Made by a program: the position numbers and the translations under genes
The notes under the pieces: model-generated
What the model was told of the DNA's origin: nothing
Database searches by the model: none
Seen by the model: only the letters and a program-made list of their open reading frames with translations
In this document: in pieces, positions 39,353 to 49,705 of the stretch
Layout of the letters: every line of letters starts with the position of its first letter
Numbering within the stretch: position 1 is the first letter of the stretch
Assembly: GCA_963807005.1 (NCBI GenBank)
Contig: CAWDZK010000001.1
Location: 1,072,337 to 1,136,336 of the forward strand
DNA length: 64,000 nucleotides
Source of the DNA: an uncultured Actinomycetota bacterium
Lineage (GTDB): Bacteria > Actinomycetota > Actinomycetes > JACCUZ01
Direction: 5' to 3'

Positions 39353-39996
39353 CGAAGCACCACCAGGCGGCGCTCGAGGACCTGCGCGACGCCGGAGATC
39401 GCGAAGACGATGAGGACGTAGCCGAGCGAGATGCCGGCGAACAGCCAGTACAGGGCGCTCGGGAACTGCCGCCCGAGGTCGTCGAGGCGGTAGGTCGCCT
39501 CGGTGATGCCGAACACCTCGGCGATGGCGGTGTTCTTGGTCAGCGCGATCAGGATGCTGGCCAGCGGCGGGATCACCGAGCGGACCGCCTGCGGCAGGAC
39601 GATGGTCGCCATGGTCTGCCCGAACGTCATCCCGACGGCGCGGGCCGCCTCAGCCTGACCGACGTTGACCGCGTTGATGCCGGAGCGCACCGCCTCGCAG
39701 ATGAAGGCGGCCGTGTAGAGGCTCAGCGCCAGCACCCCGAGGGTGAAGAAGGACAGGCCCTTGACGACCACCGGGATGCCCTGGGTGGTGAGGAGGAAGA
39801 GGAGCAGCAGCGGGATGTTGCGGAAGACGTTGACGTAGGCCGTGCCGACGCCGCGCATCACGGCGACCGGCGCGACCCGCATCGCCGCGAGCAGCACGCC
39901 GAGGACCACGGCGATGGCGGCCGAGACGCCGAGCAGCTGGAGCGTCTTGAGGAAGCCGCGCAGGATGGTCGGGAGGTTGTCGATCAGCACGTCCAT
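39349..39996 (-). CDS. gluC: Glutamate ABC transporter permease
   Basis: YVNVFRNIPL, EAVRSGINAV..GQAEAARA, LTKNTAIA. Confidence 0.9.
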   Translation of the reverse strand: MDVLIDNLPTILRGFLKTLQLLGVSAAIAVVLGVLLAAMRVAPVAVMRGVGTAYVNVFRNIPLLLLFLLTTQGIPVVVKGLSFFTLGVLALSLYTAAFICEAVRSGINAVNVGQAEAARAVGMTFGQTMATIVLPQAVRSVIPPLASILIALTKNTAIAEVFGITEATYRLDDLGRQFPSALYWLFAGISLGYVLIVFAISGVAQVLERRLVVLR

Positions 39997-40047
39997 GGCA
40001 GGACGGTCACCTCCCGGACGGCGCGCGGGTCATGGGATGAATGGTGC

Positions 40048-40090
40048 GACCGGAGGGGGCCGGCGGCCGAAGCCCCGACCCCCACCGGTC
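40048..40090 (-). terminator. Intercistronic hairpin after gluB
   Basis: GACCGG(A)GGGG..CGAA..CCCC(A)CCGGTC imperfect stem immediately after the gluB stop. Confidence 0.55.
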
Positions 40091-40096
40091 ATGCGG

Positions 40097-40975
40097 TCAG
40101 GCGCCGCAGTTGGGGTCCACGGTCGGCGGTTCCGGGGCCGGGTCGCCCGACTTGCCGAGCGTCGCCTCGTACGCCGCCTTCCAGGAACCGTCCTTGAACG
40201 CGTCGGTCAGCGTGGTGTTCAGGAAGTCGCACATCGCGGTGTCGCCCTTCTTGAACCCGATGCCGTAGCGCTCCTCGCTGAACGGCTCCCCGACGACCTT
40301 GAGCTTGTCCGGGTCCTGGGCCGCGTAGCCGAGCAGGATCGCGCCGTCGGTGGTGACCGCGTCGACCTGGTCGTTGAGCAGGTTCTGCACGCACTCGCTG
40401 TACGTCGCGAACGGTGCCGGCTGGGCGCCGTACTGCTCCTCGACCGTGGCGATCGACGTGGAGCCGGTGACCGAGCAGACCTTCTTGCCGGACAGGTCGT
40501 CCGGTCCGTTGATGGTGTCGTCGTCCTTGCGCACCAGCAGCTGCTGGCCGGTCACGTAGTAGGGCCCAGCCTGCCCGACGACACCGCGGCGGTCGTCGGT
40601 GATCGAGTAGCTGGCCGCGACCAGGTCCACGGTGCCGTTCTCCAGGAACGGCTCTCGGTTCTTCGACACCGTCTCGGACCACTCGATGTCGCCGGCGTCG
40701 ATGCCCAGCTTGGCTGCGACGATCTTGGCGATCTCGATGTCGAAGCCGGTCGGTGCGTCCGCACCCGGCTCACGGAAGCCGATGCCGGGCTGGTCGAACT
40801 TCACGCCGATCTTCACCTTGCCGGCCTCGTTGAGCTTGGCCATCGTGGTGCCGGCGTCGAACTTCGCGTCCTTCGAGACGTCGGTGACGGCGCCCCCGTC
40901 GCTCCCGCCGCAGGCCGCGAGGCCCAGCGCCAGTACGGCGGCGGCGGCGAACGTCTTGATCCCTGTGTGTCTCAT
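40097..40975 (-). CDS. gluB: Glutamate ABC transporter substrate-binding lipoprotein
   Basis: Lipobox LAAC, GVKFDQPG, GFDIEIA, SYSITDDR, VTTDGAIL, ERYGIG. Confidence 0.92.
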   Translation of the reverse strand: MRHTGIKTFAAAAVLALGLAACGGSDGGAVTDVSKDAKFDAGTTMAKLNEAGKVKIGVKFDQPGIGFREPGADAPTGFDIEIAKIVAAKLGIDAGDIEWSETVSKNREPFLENGTVDLVAASYSITDDRRGVVGQAGPYYVTGQQLLVRKDDDTINGPDDLSGKKVCSVTGSTSIATVEEQYGAQPAPFATYSECVQNLLNDQVDAVTTDGAILLGYAAQDPDKLKVVGEPFSEERYGIGFKKGDTAMCDFLNTTLTDAFKDGSWKAAYEATLGKSGDPAPEPPTVDPNCGA

Positions 40976-41021
40976 CCGTCCCTCTTCTCGTCGTGACATC
41001 AGTGCGTACGTCGGGGTCTTG

Positions 41022-41798
41022 TCAGTGCGTGAGGATCTTGGACAGGAAGTCCTTGGCCCGGTCGCTGCGGGCGTTGGTGAAGAACTCCTCCGGCGTGGCC
41101 TCCTCCACGATGGCGCCCTCGTCCATGAAGACCACCCGGTGGGCGGCCCTCCGGGCGAATCCCATCTCGTGGGTGACCACGACCATCGTCATGCCCTCCT
41201 CGGCGAGCGAGACCATGGCCTCCAGCACCTCGTTGATCATCTCCGGGTCGAGCGCCGAGGTCGGCTCGTCGAAGAGCATCACCTTGGGGTCCATCGCGAG
41301 CGCGCGAGCGATCGCCACCCGCTGCTGCTGCCCGCCGGAGAGCTGCGCCGGGAACTTGTCGGCCTGCTGGGCCACCCCGACCCGCTCGAGCAGCTCGCGG
41401 GCCCGCTTCTCGGCGGCGGCCTTGTCCTTGCCCCGCACCTTGACCGGCCCGAGCGTGACGTTCTGCAGCACGGTCTTGTGAGCGAACAGGTTGAAGGACT
41501 GGAAGACCATCCCGACATCGGCGCGCAACCGCGCCAGCGCCTTGCCCTCGGCAGGCAGCTCCTGACCGTCGAGGCTGATGCTGCCGCTGTCGATCGGCTC
41601 GAGCCGGTTGATCGTGCGGCAGAGGGTCGACTTGCCGGACCCGGACGGGCCGATCACCACGACGACCTCGCCGCGATGGATGGTCAGGTCGATGTCCTTG
41701 AGCACGTGCAGGTCGCCGAAGTGCTTGTCGACGTGCTCCAGGACGACCAGCGGCGCGCCGGTCTCGGGCCGTTCCGTCTGCTCCGCTGGCGCCGTCAT
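41022..41798 (-). CDS. gluA: Glutamate ABC transporter ATP-binding protein
   Basis: [41 protein letters not shown]. Confidence 0.93.
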   Translation of the reverse strand: MTAPAEQTERPETGAPLVVLEHVDKHFGDLHVLKDIDLTIHRGEVVVVIGPSGSGKSTLCRTINRLEPIDSGSISLDGQELPAEGKALARLRADVGMVFQSFNLFAHKTVLQNVTLGPVKVRGKDKAAAEKRARELLERVGVAQQADKFPAQLSGGQQQRVAIARALAMDPKVMLFDEPTSALDPEMINEVLEAMVSLAEEGMTMVVVTHEMGFARRAAHRVVFMDEGAIVEEATPEEFFTNARSDRAKDFLSKILTH

Positions 41799-41944
41799 GC
41801 TTCAGCAACCTAGCGAAGCGAGGCCGTACGGAGGCAACAAAAGATGCCAAACCGATGTCAACCCAACTTCCAGACCAGGAGAAATGCCACCGCGCCCGGG
41901 CACTCGCCTGCCGGTGAGCGGGGCGGTGCACGGGGTGCGACAGG

Positions 41945-43522
41945 ATGACCGGCGTGCCCGCCGGACCGCGCCGCCGCGACCTCCTGCGGCTCGCCGGCGG
42001 TGCCGCGGCGGCGGCCCTGACCGGCTGCACCGCGGCCTCGACCGGTCGGTCGGCACCCGGGTCGTCCTCCACCACTGCGTCGACGACGGCTAGCACGCCT
42101 GCGCGGAGCTCCGCCGGTACCGCCGAGCCGGACTGGAGCCGGCTCGCGGCGGCTCTCGAGGGCGACGTGGTCCGCCCCGGCGACGCCCGATACGACCGGG
42201 CCAAAGAGCTGTTCGACCCCCGGTTCGACGGCGTCCGGCCCCGGGCCGTCGTCCTCTGCCGTACAGCTGCGGACGTGGCGACCACAGTGACCTTCGCCCG
42301 GGACGCGGGCCTGCCGCTGGCACTGCGCTCCGGCGGCCACAGCTACGGCGGGTGGTCCACCGGCCCCGGCGTGCTGCTGGACGTGAGCCGGATCGACGGC
42401 GTCCGGGTGACCGGGGGGACCGCCGCGGTCGGAGCGGGTGCGCGGCTGGTCGACGTGTACGCCGGGGTGGCCGAGGGCGGACAGGCGCTGCCTGCGGGGT
42501 CCTGCCCGACGGTCGGGGTCGCCGGGCTGACCCTCGGCGGCGGCCAGGGCGTGCTGACCCGCGCCTGGGGGCTGACCTGCGACAACCTGACCGCGGTCGA
42601 GGTGGTCACGGCGGACGGCAGGCTGGTCGCCGCCGACGCCGACAGCGAACCCGACCTCCTCTGGGCGTGTCGCGGCGGTGGGGGCGGCAGCTTCGGGGTG
42701 GTGACCGGCTTCCGGTTCCGACTGCGCCCGGCGCCCGACGTCACCGCCTGGTACCAGCGCTGGGACTACCGGCACGCCGCCGACGTGCTCGCCGGGTGGC
42801 AGCGGTGGGCGGCCGGAGCGCCACGCGAGCTGTGGTCGACCTGCAAGCTGCTCACCCGGCCGGGCGAGGCGACCCCGTCGGCACAGGTCAGCGGCACCTG
42901 GCTCGGAACCTCTCGTGGGCTGGACGCCGAGCTCGGCCGCCTCGGCGACGCCGTCGGGCGCCGTCCGGCTGCGGCCACCCGCGCGTCCCGGGGCTACCTC
43001 GCGACGATGCTGGCGATGGCCGGCTGCTCGACCGTCGCCGCCGCCCGCTGCAGCACCCCGCGGACCACCTTCGGCGCGACCTCGCACGTGCTGCTGTCCG
43101 CTGCCCCCGGCCCAGCGGTGCGCGCAGCGGTGGACGAGGTCGCCCGGCGTCACCGGGGCGGCCACCCCAAGCAGGCGGGGGTGTCCTTCGACGTGCTCGG
43201 CGGCGCTGTCGCCGACCTCGCACCCGACGCCACCGCGTTCCCCCACCGGCAGGCCCTGGCCGTCGCGCAGTACACGGTCGGCTGGCCGCTCGGGCAGGCT
43301 GAGCGGGCGGTCCGGCGGGACCTGGCCTGGCTGCAGGGGTTCCGGGCCGCACTGACGCCGTACGTCGGCAACGCGGCGTACGTCAACTACGCCGACCCCA
43401 GCCTCGCGGGGTGGGAGCAGGCCTACTACGGCGGCAACTACCCGCGGCTGCAGTGGGTGAAGGCGCGCTATGACCCCGACGACGTCTTCCGGTTCCCGCA
43501 GTCCGTGCGGCTGCCGGGCTGA
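41945..43522 (+). CDS. Tat-exported lipoprotein, BBE-like FAD-linked oxidase
   Basis: RRRDLL, ALTGC lipobox, [46 protein letters not shown]. Confidence 0.88.
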   Translation: MTGVPAGPRRRDLLRLAGGAAAAALTGCTAASTGRSAPGSSSTTASTTASTPARSSAGTAEPDWSRLAAALEGDVVRPGDARYDRAKELFDPRFDGVRPRAVVLCRTAADVATTVTFARDAGLPLALRSGGHSYGGWSTGPGVLLDVSRIDGVRVTGGTAAVGAGARLVDVYAGVAEGGQALPAGSCPTVGVAGLTLGGGQGVLTRAWGLTCDNLTAVEVVTADGRLVAADADSEPDLLWACRGGGGGSFGVVTGFRFRLRPAPDVTAWYQRWDYRHAADVLAGWQRWAAGAPRELWSTCKLLTRPGEATPSAQVSGTWLGTSRGLDAELGRLGDAVGRRPAAATRASRGYLATMLAMAGCSTVAAARCSTPRTTFGATSHVLLSAAPGPAVRAAVDEVARRHRGGHPKQAGVSFDVLGGAVADLAPDATAFPHRQALAVAQYTVGWPLGQAERAVRRDLAWLQGFRAALTPYVGNAAYVNYADPSLAGWEQAYYGGNYPRLQWVKARYDPDDVFRFPQSVRLPG

Positions 43523-43545
43523 CCGGCCGTACCCTGGACGACGCC

Positions 43546-45024
43546 ATGGACGCACGCAGCTACGAGGTCCGCACCTACGGGTGCCAGATGAACGTGCACG
43601 ACTCCGAGCGGCTGTCCGGGCTGCTCGAGGAGGCCGGATACGTCCGCGCCGCCGAGGGAGCGCCGGCCGACGTTGTCGTCTTCAACACCTGCGCGGTCCG
43701 CGAGAACGCCGACAACAAGCTGTACGGCAACCTCGGCCACCTGGCACCGGCCAAGCGGGCCAACCCGGCCATGCAGATCGCGGTCGGCGGCTGCCTCGCG
43801 CAGAAGGACCGGGGCGAGATCACCCGGCGGGCACCGTGGGTCGACGTCGTCTTCGGCACCCACAACATCGGATCGCTGCCGGCGCTGCTCGCACGCGCCC
43901 GGCACAACGACGAGGCGCAGGTCGAGATCGTCGAGTCGCTCGAGGTCTTCCCCTCCACCCTGCCGACCCGGCGCGAGTCGCCGTACGCGGCGTGGGTCTC
44001 CATCAGCGTCGGCTGCAACAACACCTGCACGTTCTGCATCGTCCCGTCGCTGCGCGGCACCGAGAAGGACCGCCGGCCGGGCGACGTGCTGGCCGAGATC
44101 GAGGCGCTGGTCGCCGAGGGTGTCCTCGAGGTGACCCTGCTCGGCCAGAACGTCAACTCCTACGGCGTGGAGTTCGGCGACCGGCGGGCGTTCGGCAAGC
44201 TGCTGCGGGCCTGCGGCGAGGTCGACGGCCTCGAGCGGGTGCGGTTCACCTCACCGCACCCGAAGGACTTCACCGACGACGTCATCGCGGCGATGGCCGA
44301 GACGCCCAACGTGATGCACTCGCTGCACATGCCGCTGCAGTCCGGGTCCGACTCCGTGCTGCGGGCGATGCGGCGGTCGTACCGGCGGGACCGCTACCTC
44401 GGCATCATCGACCGGGTCCGGGCCGCGATGCCGGACGCCGCGATCACCACCGACGTCATCGTCGGCTTCCCGGGCGAGACGGAGGCCGACTTCGCCCAGA
44501 CCCTCGAGGTGGTGCGCGAGGCCCGGTTCGCCGGCGCCTTCACCTTCCAGTACTCCCAGCGCCCGGGCACCCCCGCGGCCGAGCTGCCCGACCAGCTGCC
44601 CAAGAGCGTCGTGCAGGAGCGGTACGAGCGGCTGGTCGCCCTGCAGGACGAGGTGTCCTGGGCCGAGAACACCCGCCAGGTCGGCCGGACCCTGGACGTC
44701 CTGGCCGCCGAGGGCGAGGGACGCAAGGACGGCGCGACGCACCGGCTCTCCGGCCGGGCGCCGGACAACCGGCTGGTCCACTTCGCGGTGCCGCCCGGCG
44801 TCGAGGCCCCCCGGCCGGGCGACGTCGCCACCGTCCAGGTGACCTACGCGGCGCCGCACCACCTGGTCGCCGACGGCACCTTCGGTGGGGTGCGCCGCAC
44901 CCGGGCCGGGGACGCGTGGCAGCAGCGCCGGCCGGGGGCCGTCGCTCCCGCCGCGGCTGGTGTGCCACTGGGCATGCCCACGGTGGGTGTGCCGGCGGCT
45001 GCGGCCGCCTCCGGCTGCGGCTGA
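43546..45024 (+). CDS. miaB: tRNA-2-methylthio-N6-dimethylallyladenosine synthase
   Basis: [51 protein letters not shown]. Confidence 0.97.
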   Translation: MDARSYEVRTYGCQMNVHDSERLSGLLEEAGYVRAAEGAPADVVVFNTCAVRENADNKLYGNLGHLAPAKRANPAMQIAVGGCLAQKDRGEITRRAPWVDVVFGTHNIGSLPALLARARHNDEAQVEIVESLEVFPSTLPTRRESPYAAWVSISVGCNNTCTFCIVPSLRGTEKDRRPGDVLAEIEALVAEGVLEVTLLGQNVNSYGVEFGDRRAFGKLLRACGEVDGLERVRFTSPHPKDFTDDVIAAMAETPNVMHSLHMPLQSGSDSVLRAMRRSYRRDRYLGIIDRVRAAMPDAAITTDVIVGFPGETEADFAQTLEVVREARFAGAFTFQYSQRPGTPAAELPDQLPKSVVQERYERLVALQDEVSWAENTRQVGRTLDVLAAEGEGRKDGATHRLSGRAPDNRLVHFAVPPGVEAPRPGDVATVQVTYAAPHHLVADGTFGGVRRTRAGDAWQQRRPGAVAPAAAGVPLGMPTVGVPAAAAASGCG

Positions 45025-45027
45025 CCG

Positions 45028-45726
45028 GTGCTGGTCGCCGCCGCGGTGTGCCCGCACCCACCGCTGCTGGTGCCGGGCGTGGGAGCCGGGGCGTCGGGCG
45101 AGCTCGACGGGCTGCGGGCGGCCTGCGACGCCGCAGTCGCCGACCTGCTCGATGCGCAGGCGGACCTCGTCGTCGCGGTCGGGGGCGCTCCCGCCGTCGG
45201 GCCGTTCCCGGTCGGCGCGTGGGGGAGCCTCGCGCCGTACGGCGTGACCGTCCCGGTCGGCTCCGGCACCGGAGCGCCCACGCTGCCGCTGGCCCTCACG
45301 CTGGCCCGATGGCTGCTCGACCGGAGCGCCACCGCGGTGCCGAGCCTGTTGTTCGGGGTAGAGCCGCAGGCGCCGACCGACCGCTGCCTGGCGCTGGGCG
45401 AGGCGCTGGGCGACCGGGCCGACCGGGTGGCACTGCTCGTCATGGGCGACGGCAGCGCCCGCCGCAGCGTCAAGGGGCCGGGTCACCTCGACCCGGACGC
45501 CGCGCCGTTCGACGCCGAGGCGGAGGCAGCCCTGCGCGACGGCGACCCGGCCGGGCTCGCAGCGCTGGCGCCGGACCGGGCCGAGCGGCTGATGGCCGCC
45601 GGCCGGGCGCCCTGGCAGGTGCTCGCCGGCGCAGCCCGAAGCCGCTCGTGGACCTCGAGCGTCACCTGGGTCGGTGCGCCGTACGGCGTCACCTACCTGG
45701 TGGCCACCTGGCGGCCGTCCGGCTGA
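45028..45726 (+). CDS. Class III extradiol dioxygenase subunit B-like protein
   Basis: AAVCPHPPLLVP, LLVMGDGSARRS..PG, GRAPWQVLAG, APYGVTY; commonly near miaB/miaA. Confidence 0.8.
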   Translation: MLVAAAVCPHPPLLVPGVGAGASGELDGLRAACDAAVADLLDAQADLVVAVGGAPAVGPFPVGAWGSLAPYGVTVPVGSGTGAPTLPLALTLARWLLDRSATAVPSLLFGVEPQAPTDRCLALGEALGDRADRVALLVMGDGSARRSVKGPGHLDPDAAPFDAEAEAALRDGDPAGLAALAPDRAERLMAAGRAPWQVLAGAARSRSWTSSVTWVGAPYGVTYLVATWRPSG

Positions 45727-45759
45727 GGCCCCCACCCGGACGGCCAGTCAGGCCCAGGG

Positions 45760-45999
45760 TCAGGCCCTGGGGGCGGCGCCGGACCCTGGTGTCTCGTCCG
45801 GGATGTCGTCGTCGCGGCCGTCGAGCCCGTCCAGCGCGTCCTTGGCCTTCGCTGCGCCGGACGCGATCTGGCCGCTGCGTTTGCCGCCCGTCTTCTTGTC
45901 CGCCATGTCGGCGGCCTTGTCGATGCCGGAGCCGATCTTGTCGCCGTGGTCGTCGACGGCTTTCGCGGCCTTCTTCTTGATGTTGTCGAAGATGCCCAT
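45760..45999 (-). CDS. MT0933/Rv0909-like small protein (annotated antitoxin family)
   Basis: MGIFDNIKKKA..HGDKIGSGIDKAADMADKKTGGK. Confidence 0.8.
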   Translation of the reverse strand: MGIFDNIKKKAAKAVDDHGDKIGSGIDKAADMADKKTGGKRSGQIASGAAKAKDALDGLDGRDDDIPDETPGSGAAPRA

Positions 46000-46036
46000 G
46001 GCCCCACCGTAGTGCCGGGTGCGCGAGACTCCCGTC

Positions 46037-46963
46037 GTGGAGCCAGCGGTGGTCGCGGTCGTCGGCGCGACCGCCGTCGGCAAGAGCGACCTGGGTGTGG
46101 CGCTGGCCCGCGCGCTGGGCGGCGAGGTCGTCAACGCCGACTCGATGCAGCTCTACCGCGGCATGGACGTCGGCACGGCCAAGCTGTCCGAGGCCGAGCA
46201 GGGCGGCGTCGTCCACCACGTCCTCGACGTCTGGGAGCTGACCGCCGAGGCCAACGTCGCCGGCTACCAGCGGATGGCCCGGTCCGCGTTCGCCGCCACC
46301 TGGGCCCGCGGCGCGGTGCCGGTCCTCGTGGGCGGATCCGGGCTCTACGTGCGGGCGGCGCTGGACCGGCTGGACTTCCCCGGCACCGACCCGGCCGTGC
46401 GGGAGCGGATCGAGGGCGAGCTGGCGGCATACGGCCCGGCAGCGCTGCACAGCCGGCTCGCCGAGCGGGACCCGGCGGCAGCGCGGGCCATCCTGCCCAG
46501 CAACGGCCGGCGGCTGGTGCGGGCCCTGGAGGTGATCGAGCTGACCGGGCGCCCGTTCACCGCGTCGCTGCCGGAGCACGTGTACGAGGTGCCGGCGGTC
46601 CAGGTCGGGCTGAGCCTGCCGCGGCCGGTGCTGGACGAGCGGATCGCCCGCCGGGTGGACGTCATGTGGGAGCGCGGCCTGGTCGAGGAGGTACGCCGGC
46701 TCGCCGACGCGGGCCTCCGGGCCGGCCGGTCCGCCAGCCGGGCGCTCGGCTACGCCCAGGTCCTGCGGCACCTCGCGGGGGAGTGGACCGAGGAGCAGGC
46801 GCGAGAGGAGACGGTGCGCGCGACCCGGCGGTTCGCGCGGCGGCAGGAGTCCTGGTTCCGCCGCGACCCGCGGGTGGTGTGGCTGGACGCCGACCGGGAC
46901 GACCTGCCCGCCCTGGCGCTGGACGTGGTCCGGCGAGGGGTGTCCGATTCGTCCCTTTCCTGA
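46037..46963 (+). CDS. miaA: tRNA dimethylallyltransferase
   Basis: VVGATAVGKS, NADSMQLYRGMDVGTAK, VGGSGLY, RALEV, ALGYAQ, TRRFARRQ; alternative start 46019. Confidence 0.97.
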   Translation: MEPAVVAVVGATAVGKSDLGVALARALGGEVVNADSMQLYRGMDVGTAKLSEAEQGGVVHHVLDVWELTAEANVAGYQRMARSAFAATWARGAVPVLVGGSGLYVRAALDRLDFPGTDPAVRERIEGELAAYGPAALHSRLAERDPAAARAILPSNGRRLVRALEVIELTGRPFTASLPEHVYEVPAVQVGLSLPRPVLDERIARRVDVMWERGLVEEVRRLADAGLRAGRSASRALGYAQVLRHLAGEWTEEQAREETVRATRRFARRQESWFRRDPRVVWLDADRDDLPALALDVVRRGVSDSSLS

Positions 46964-46975
46964 CACAGTGTCGGG

Positions 46976-48805
46976 ATGACTCTGTTGACCTTCCCGTCCC
47001 CCCGGCGGGCCGCTCTTGCCGCGGCGACCGCGCTCGTCGTCCCCGCCGCGCTGCTGGCCGGCCCGCCCGCCGCGGACGCCGCCGGGTCCGGCCGCGCCAC
47101 GGTCAAGCACCCCACCGCCGCCGGCCGGGGCGGGGCCGTCGCCACGGTCGACCCGGAGGCCACCAGGGCCGGCCTGCGGGTGCTGCGCCACGGCGGCAAC
47201 GCGGTCGACGCGGCGGTCGCCGCGGCGGCCACGCTGGGCGTGACCGAGCCGTACTCCACCGGCATCGGCGGCGGCGGCTTCTTCGTCTTCTACGACGCCA
47301 AGGCGCACCGGGTGCGGACCCTGGACGGCCGCGAGACCGCGCCGATGCGCACCGGCCCGGACACCTACCGCGGTCTCACCTTCGACGAGGCCGTGAACAG
47401 CGGCCTGTCCGTCGGCGTCCCCGGGACGCCACGCACCTGGGCCGAGGCGCTGCGCCGCTGGGGCACCCGGAGTCTCGCGCAGGCTCTGCGCCCGGCCGAG
47501 CGGGTGGCCCGGCGCGGGTTCGTGGTCGACCAGACCTTCCACGACCAGACCGCCGCCAACGAGGCGCGGTTCCGCGACATCACGCCCACCCGGGAGCTGT
47601 TCCTGCCGGGCGGCCAGCTGCCGGTGGTCGGGTCGGTGTTCCGCAACCGGGACCTGGCCGACACCTATCGCACCCTGGGCCGCAAGGGCGTCGACTGGCT
47701 CTACGACGGCGCGCTCGCCCGCCAGATCGTCCGGACCGTCCAGCACCCGCCGAAGGACCCCGCCGCCACCCGCAACGTCCGTCCCGGTCTCATGACCCGG
47801 GCCGACCTGGCCCGGTACCGGGCGCCCCTCCGCCGGCCCACCAGCGTCCGCTACCGCGGCCTGCGGGTCTGGGGGATGGCGCCGCCCTCCAGCGGTGGCT
47901 CGACCGTCGGCGAGGCGCTCAACATCCTGGAGAACGTCGACCTCACCGGCACCTACCGGTCGGACCGGACGCAGGCGCTGCACGACTACCTGGAGGCCAG
48001 CGCCCTGGCGTTCGCCGACCGCGGCGCCTACGTGGGGTCGCCCCGCGCCATGCGGCCCGGCGTCCTGCACGAGATCCTGTCGCAGGGCTTCGCCGACGAG
48101 CGGTTCTGCGCGCTCGACCCGAGCGCGGCCGCGACCAAGCCGGTGCCTGCGGGCTCGCCCGACGGGTCCTACGCGACGAGCTGTGACGGCAGCACGGGCA
48201 CGGCACCCAGCAGGGCGGACCACGAGGGGCTCTCGACCTCGCACCTCACCGTGTCCGACCGGTGGGGCAACGTCGTCACCTACACCCTGACCATCGAGCA
48301 GACCGGCGGGAGCGCACTGACCGTGCCGGGCCGCGGCTTCCTGCTCAACAACGAGCTCACCGACTTCGACCTCGCGCCGACGTCGGCGGACGCCCCCAAC
48401 GCGCCCGGCGGCGGCAAGCGGCCGCGGTCGTCGATGTCACCCACGGTCGTCACCGACCCGGCGAGGGGCGGCCGCCCGGTGCTCGCCGTCGGCTCGCCCG
48501 GTGGCTCGACCATCATCACGACCGTGCTCCAGGTGCTGCTCAACCGGCTCGACTTCGGGATGTCGCTGCCGCGGGCCGTGGCCGCGCCGCGGGCCAGCCA
48601 GCGCAACACCGCCGCGGTGCAGGCCGAGCCGGCCTTCGACCGCGCCGGCCTCACGGCGTACGGACACGCCTTCGTCGACCCGCCCGCACCCGGGGAGATC
48701 GGGGCCGTGACCGCGATCTCGTTCGGTCGGCGCGGCCGCATGGTCGCCGCCGCCGAGCCGGTGCGTCGGGGCGGCGGCGACGCCCGGGTGGTCCGGCGCC
48801 GCTGA
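46976..48805 (+). CDS. ggt: Gamma-glutamyltransferase, secreted
   Basis: GGNAVDAA, GIGGGGF, DGRETAP, PPSSGG, nucleophile TSHL, LNNELTDF, KRPRSSMSP, GSPGGSTI. Confidence 0.93.
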   Translation: MTLLTFPSPRRAALAAATALVVPAALLAGPPAADAAGSGRATVKHPTAAGRGGAVATVDPEATRAGLRVLRHGGNAVDAAVAAAATLGVTEPYSTGIGGGGFFVFYDAKAHRVRTLDGRETAPMRTGPDTYRGLTFDEAVNSGLSVGVPGTPRTWAEALRRWGTRSLAQALRPAERVARRGFVVDQTFHDQTAANEARFRDITPTRELFLPGGQLPVVGSVFRNRDLADTYRTLGRKGVDWLYDGALARQIVRTVQHPPKDPAATRNVRPGLMTRADLARYRAPLRRPTSVRYRGLRVWGMAPPSSGGSTVGEALNILENVDLTGTYRSDRTQALHDYLEASALAFADRGAYVGSPRAMRPGVLHEILSQGFADERFCALDPSAAATKPVPAGSPDGSYATSCDGSTGTAPSRADHEGLSTSHLTVSDRWGNVVTYTLTIEQTGGSALTVPGRGFLLNNELTDFDLAPTSADAPNAPGGGKRPRSSMSPTVVTDPARGGRPVLAVGSPGGSTIITTVLQVLLNRLDFGMSLPRAVAAPRASQRNTAAVQAEPAFDRAGLTAYGHAFVDPPAPGEIGAVTAISFGRRGRMVAAAEPVRRGGGDARVVRRR

Positions 48806-48835
48806 CGGGCGCCCGCCGCGCCGTACCCTCGGGGG

Positions 48836-49660
48836 GTGACCGCATTCGTCAAGGGGCACGGCACGGAGAACGACTTCGTGCTGCTGCCCGACCCCGACGG
48901 TGCGCTGTCGTTGACCGACGAGCAGGTGCGGGCGGTCTGCGACCGCCGGGCCGGCATCGGTGGCGACGGCGTGCTGCGCGTGGTGCGCACCGGGGCCGAC
49001 GACGAGGCCGGCCGGCTCCCCGGCGCCGCCGGCACGACATGGTTCATGGACTACCGCAACGCCGACGGCTCGGCCGCCGAGATGTGCGGCAACGGCATCC
49101 GGGTCTTTGCCCGCTTCCTGGTCGACGAGGGGCTGGCGGAGCCCGGCGAGCTGCCGGTGCTCACCCGCGACGGCGTCAAGACGGTTCGGCTCGGCGCCGA
49201 GGGTGACGTCAGCGTCGAGATGGGGCCGGCCCGGCTGCCCGGCACCGACCGGAAGGTGCTGGTCGGCGACCGGTCCTGGTCGGCGGTCGAGGTCGACATG
49301 GGCAACCCGCACGCGGTGGTGTTCGTCGACGACCTGGCCGAGGCGGGGGACCTGCGCGCGGCGCCGGTGGTCGAGCCCGCCTTCCCCGAGGGCGTCAACG
49401 TCGAGCTGGTCGTACGCCGCGGGGAGCGGCACGTCGCGATGCGGGTGCACGAGCGTGGGGTCGGCGAGACCCGGTCGTGCGGGACCGGTGCCTGCGCAGC
49501 CATGGTGGCCGCGGCCCGCCGCGACGGCGTGCCCGCCGGGTCGACGTACCTCGTCGACGTCCCCGGGGGCCGGCTGACCGTCACCGAGCGGGCCGACGGG
49601 CAGGTCGAGCTCTCCGGCCCGGCGGTGCTGGTCGCCCGCGGCCACACCGACCTGGTGTGA
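48836..49660 (+). CDS. dapF: Diaminopimelate epimerase
   Basis: KGHGTENDF, NADGS.AEMCGNG, MGNPH, RVHERGVGETRSCGTG. Confidence 0.97.
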   Translation: MTAFVKGHGTENDFVLLPDPDGALSLTDEQVRAVCDRRAGIGGDGVLRVVRTGADDEAGRLPGAAGTTWFMDYRNADGSAAEMCGNGIRVFARFLVDEGLAEPGELPVLTRDGVKTVRLGAEGDVSVEMGPARLPGTDRKVLVGDRSWSAVEVDMGNPHAVVFVDDLAEAGDLRAAPVVEPAFPEGVNVELVVRRGERHVAMRVHERGVGETRSCGTGACAAMVAAARRDGVPAGSTYLVDVPGGRLTVTERADGQVELSGPAVLVARGHTDLV

Positions 49661-49705
49661 CCCGGAGGCGGGTTGCCCGAGCCAGCCGGGCGTAACCGGA
49701 CCGGC

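Noticed and set aside
37824..45999. PemK-like gene and MT0933-like antitoxin as a toxin-antitoxin pair
   Set aside because: More than 7 kb apart, from unrelated families, and both commonly occur alone in Actinobacteria
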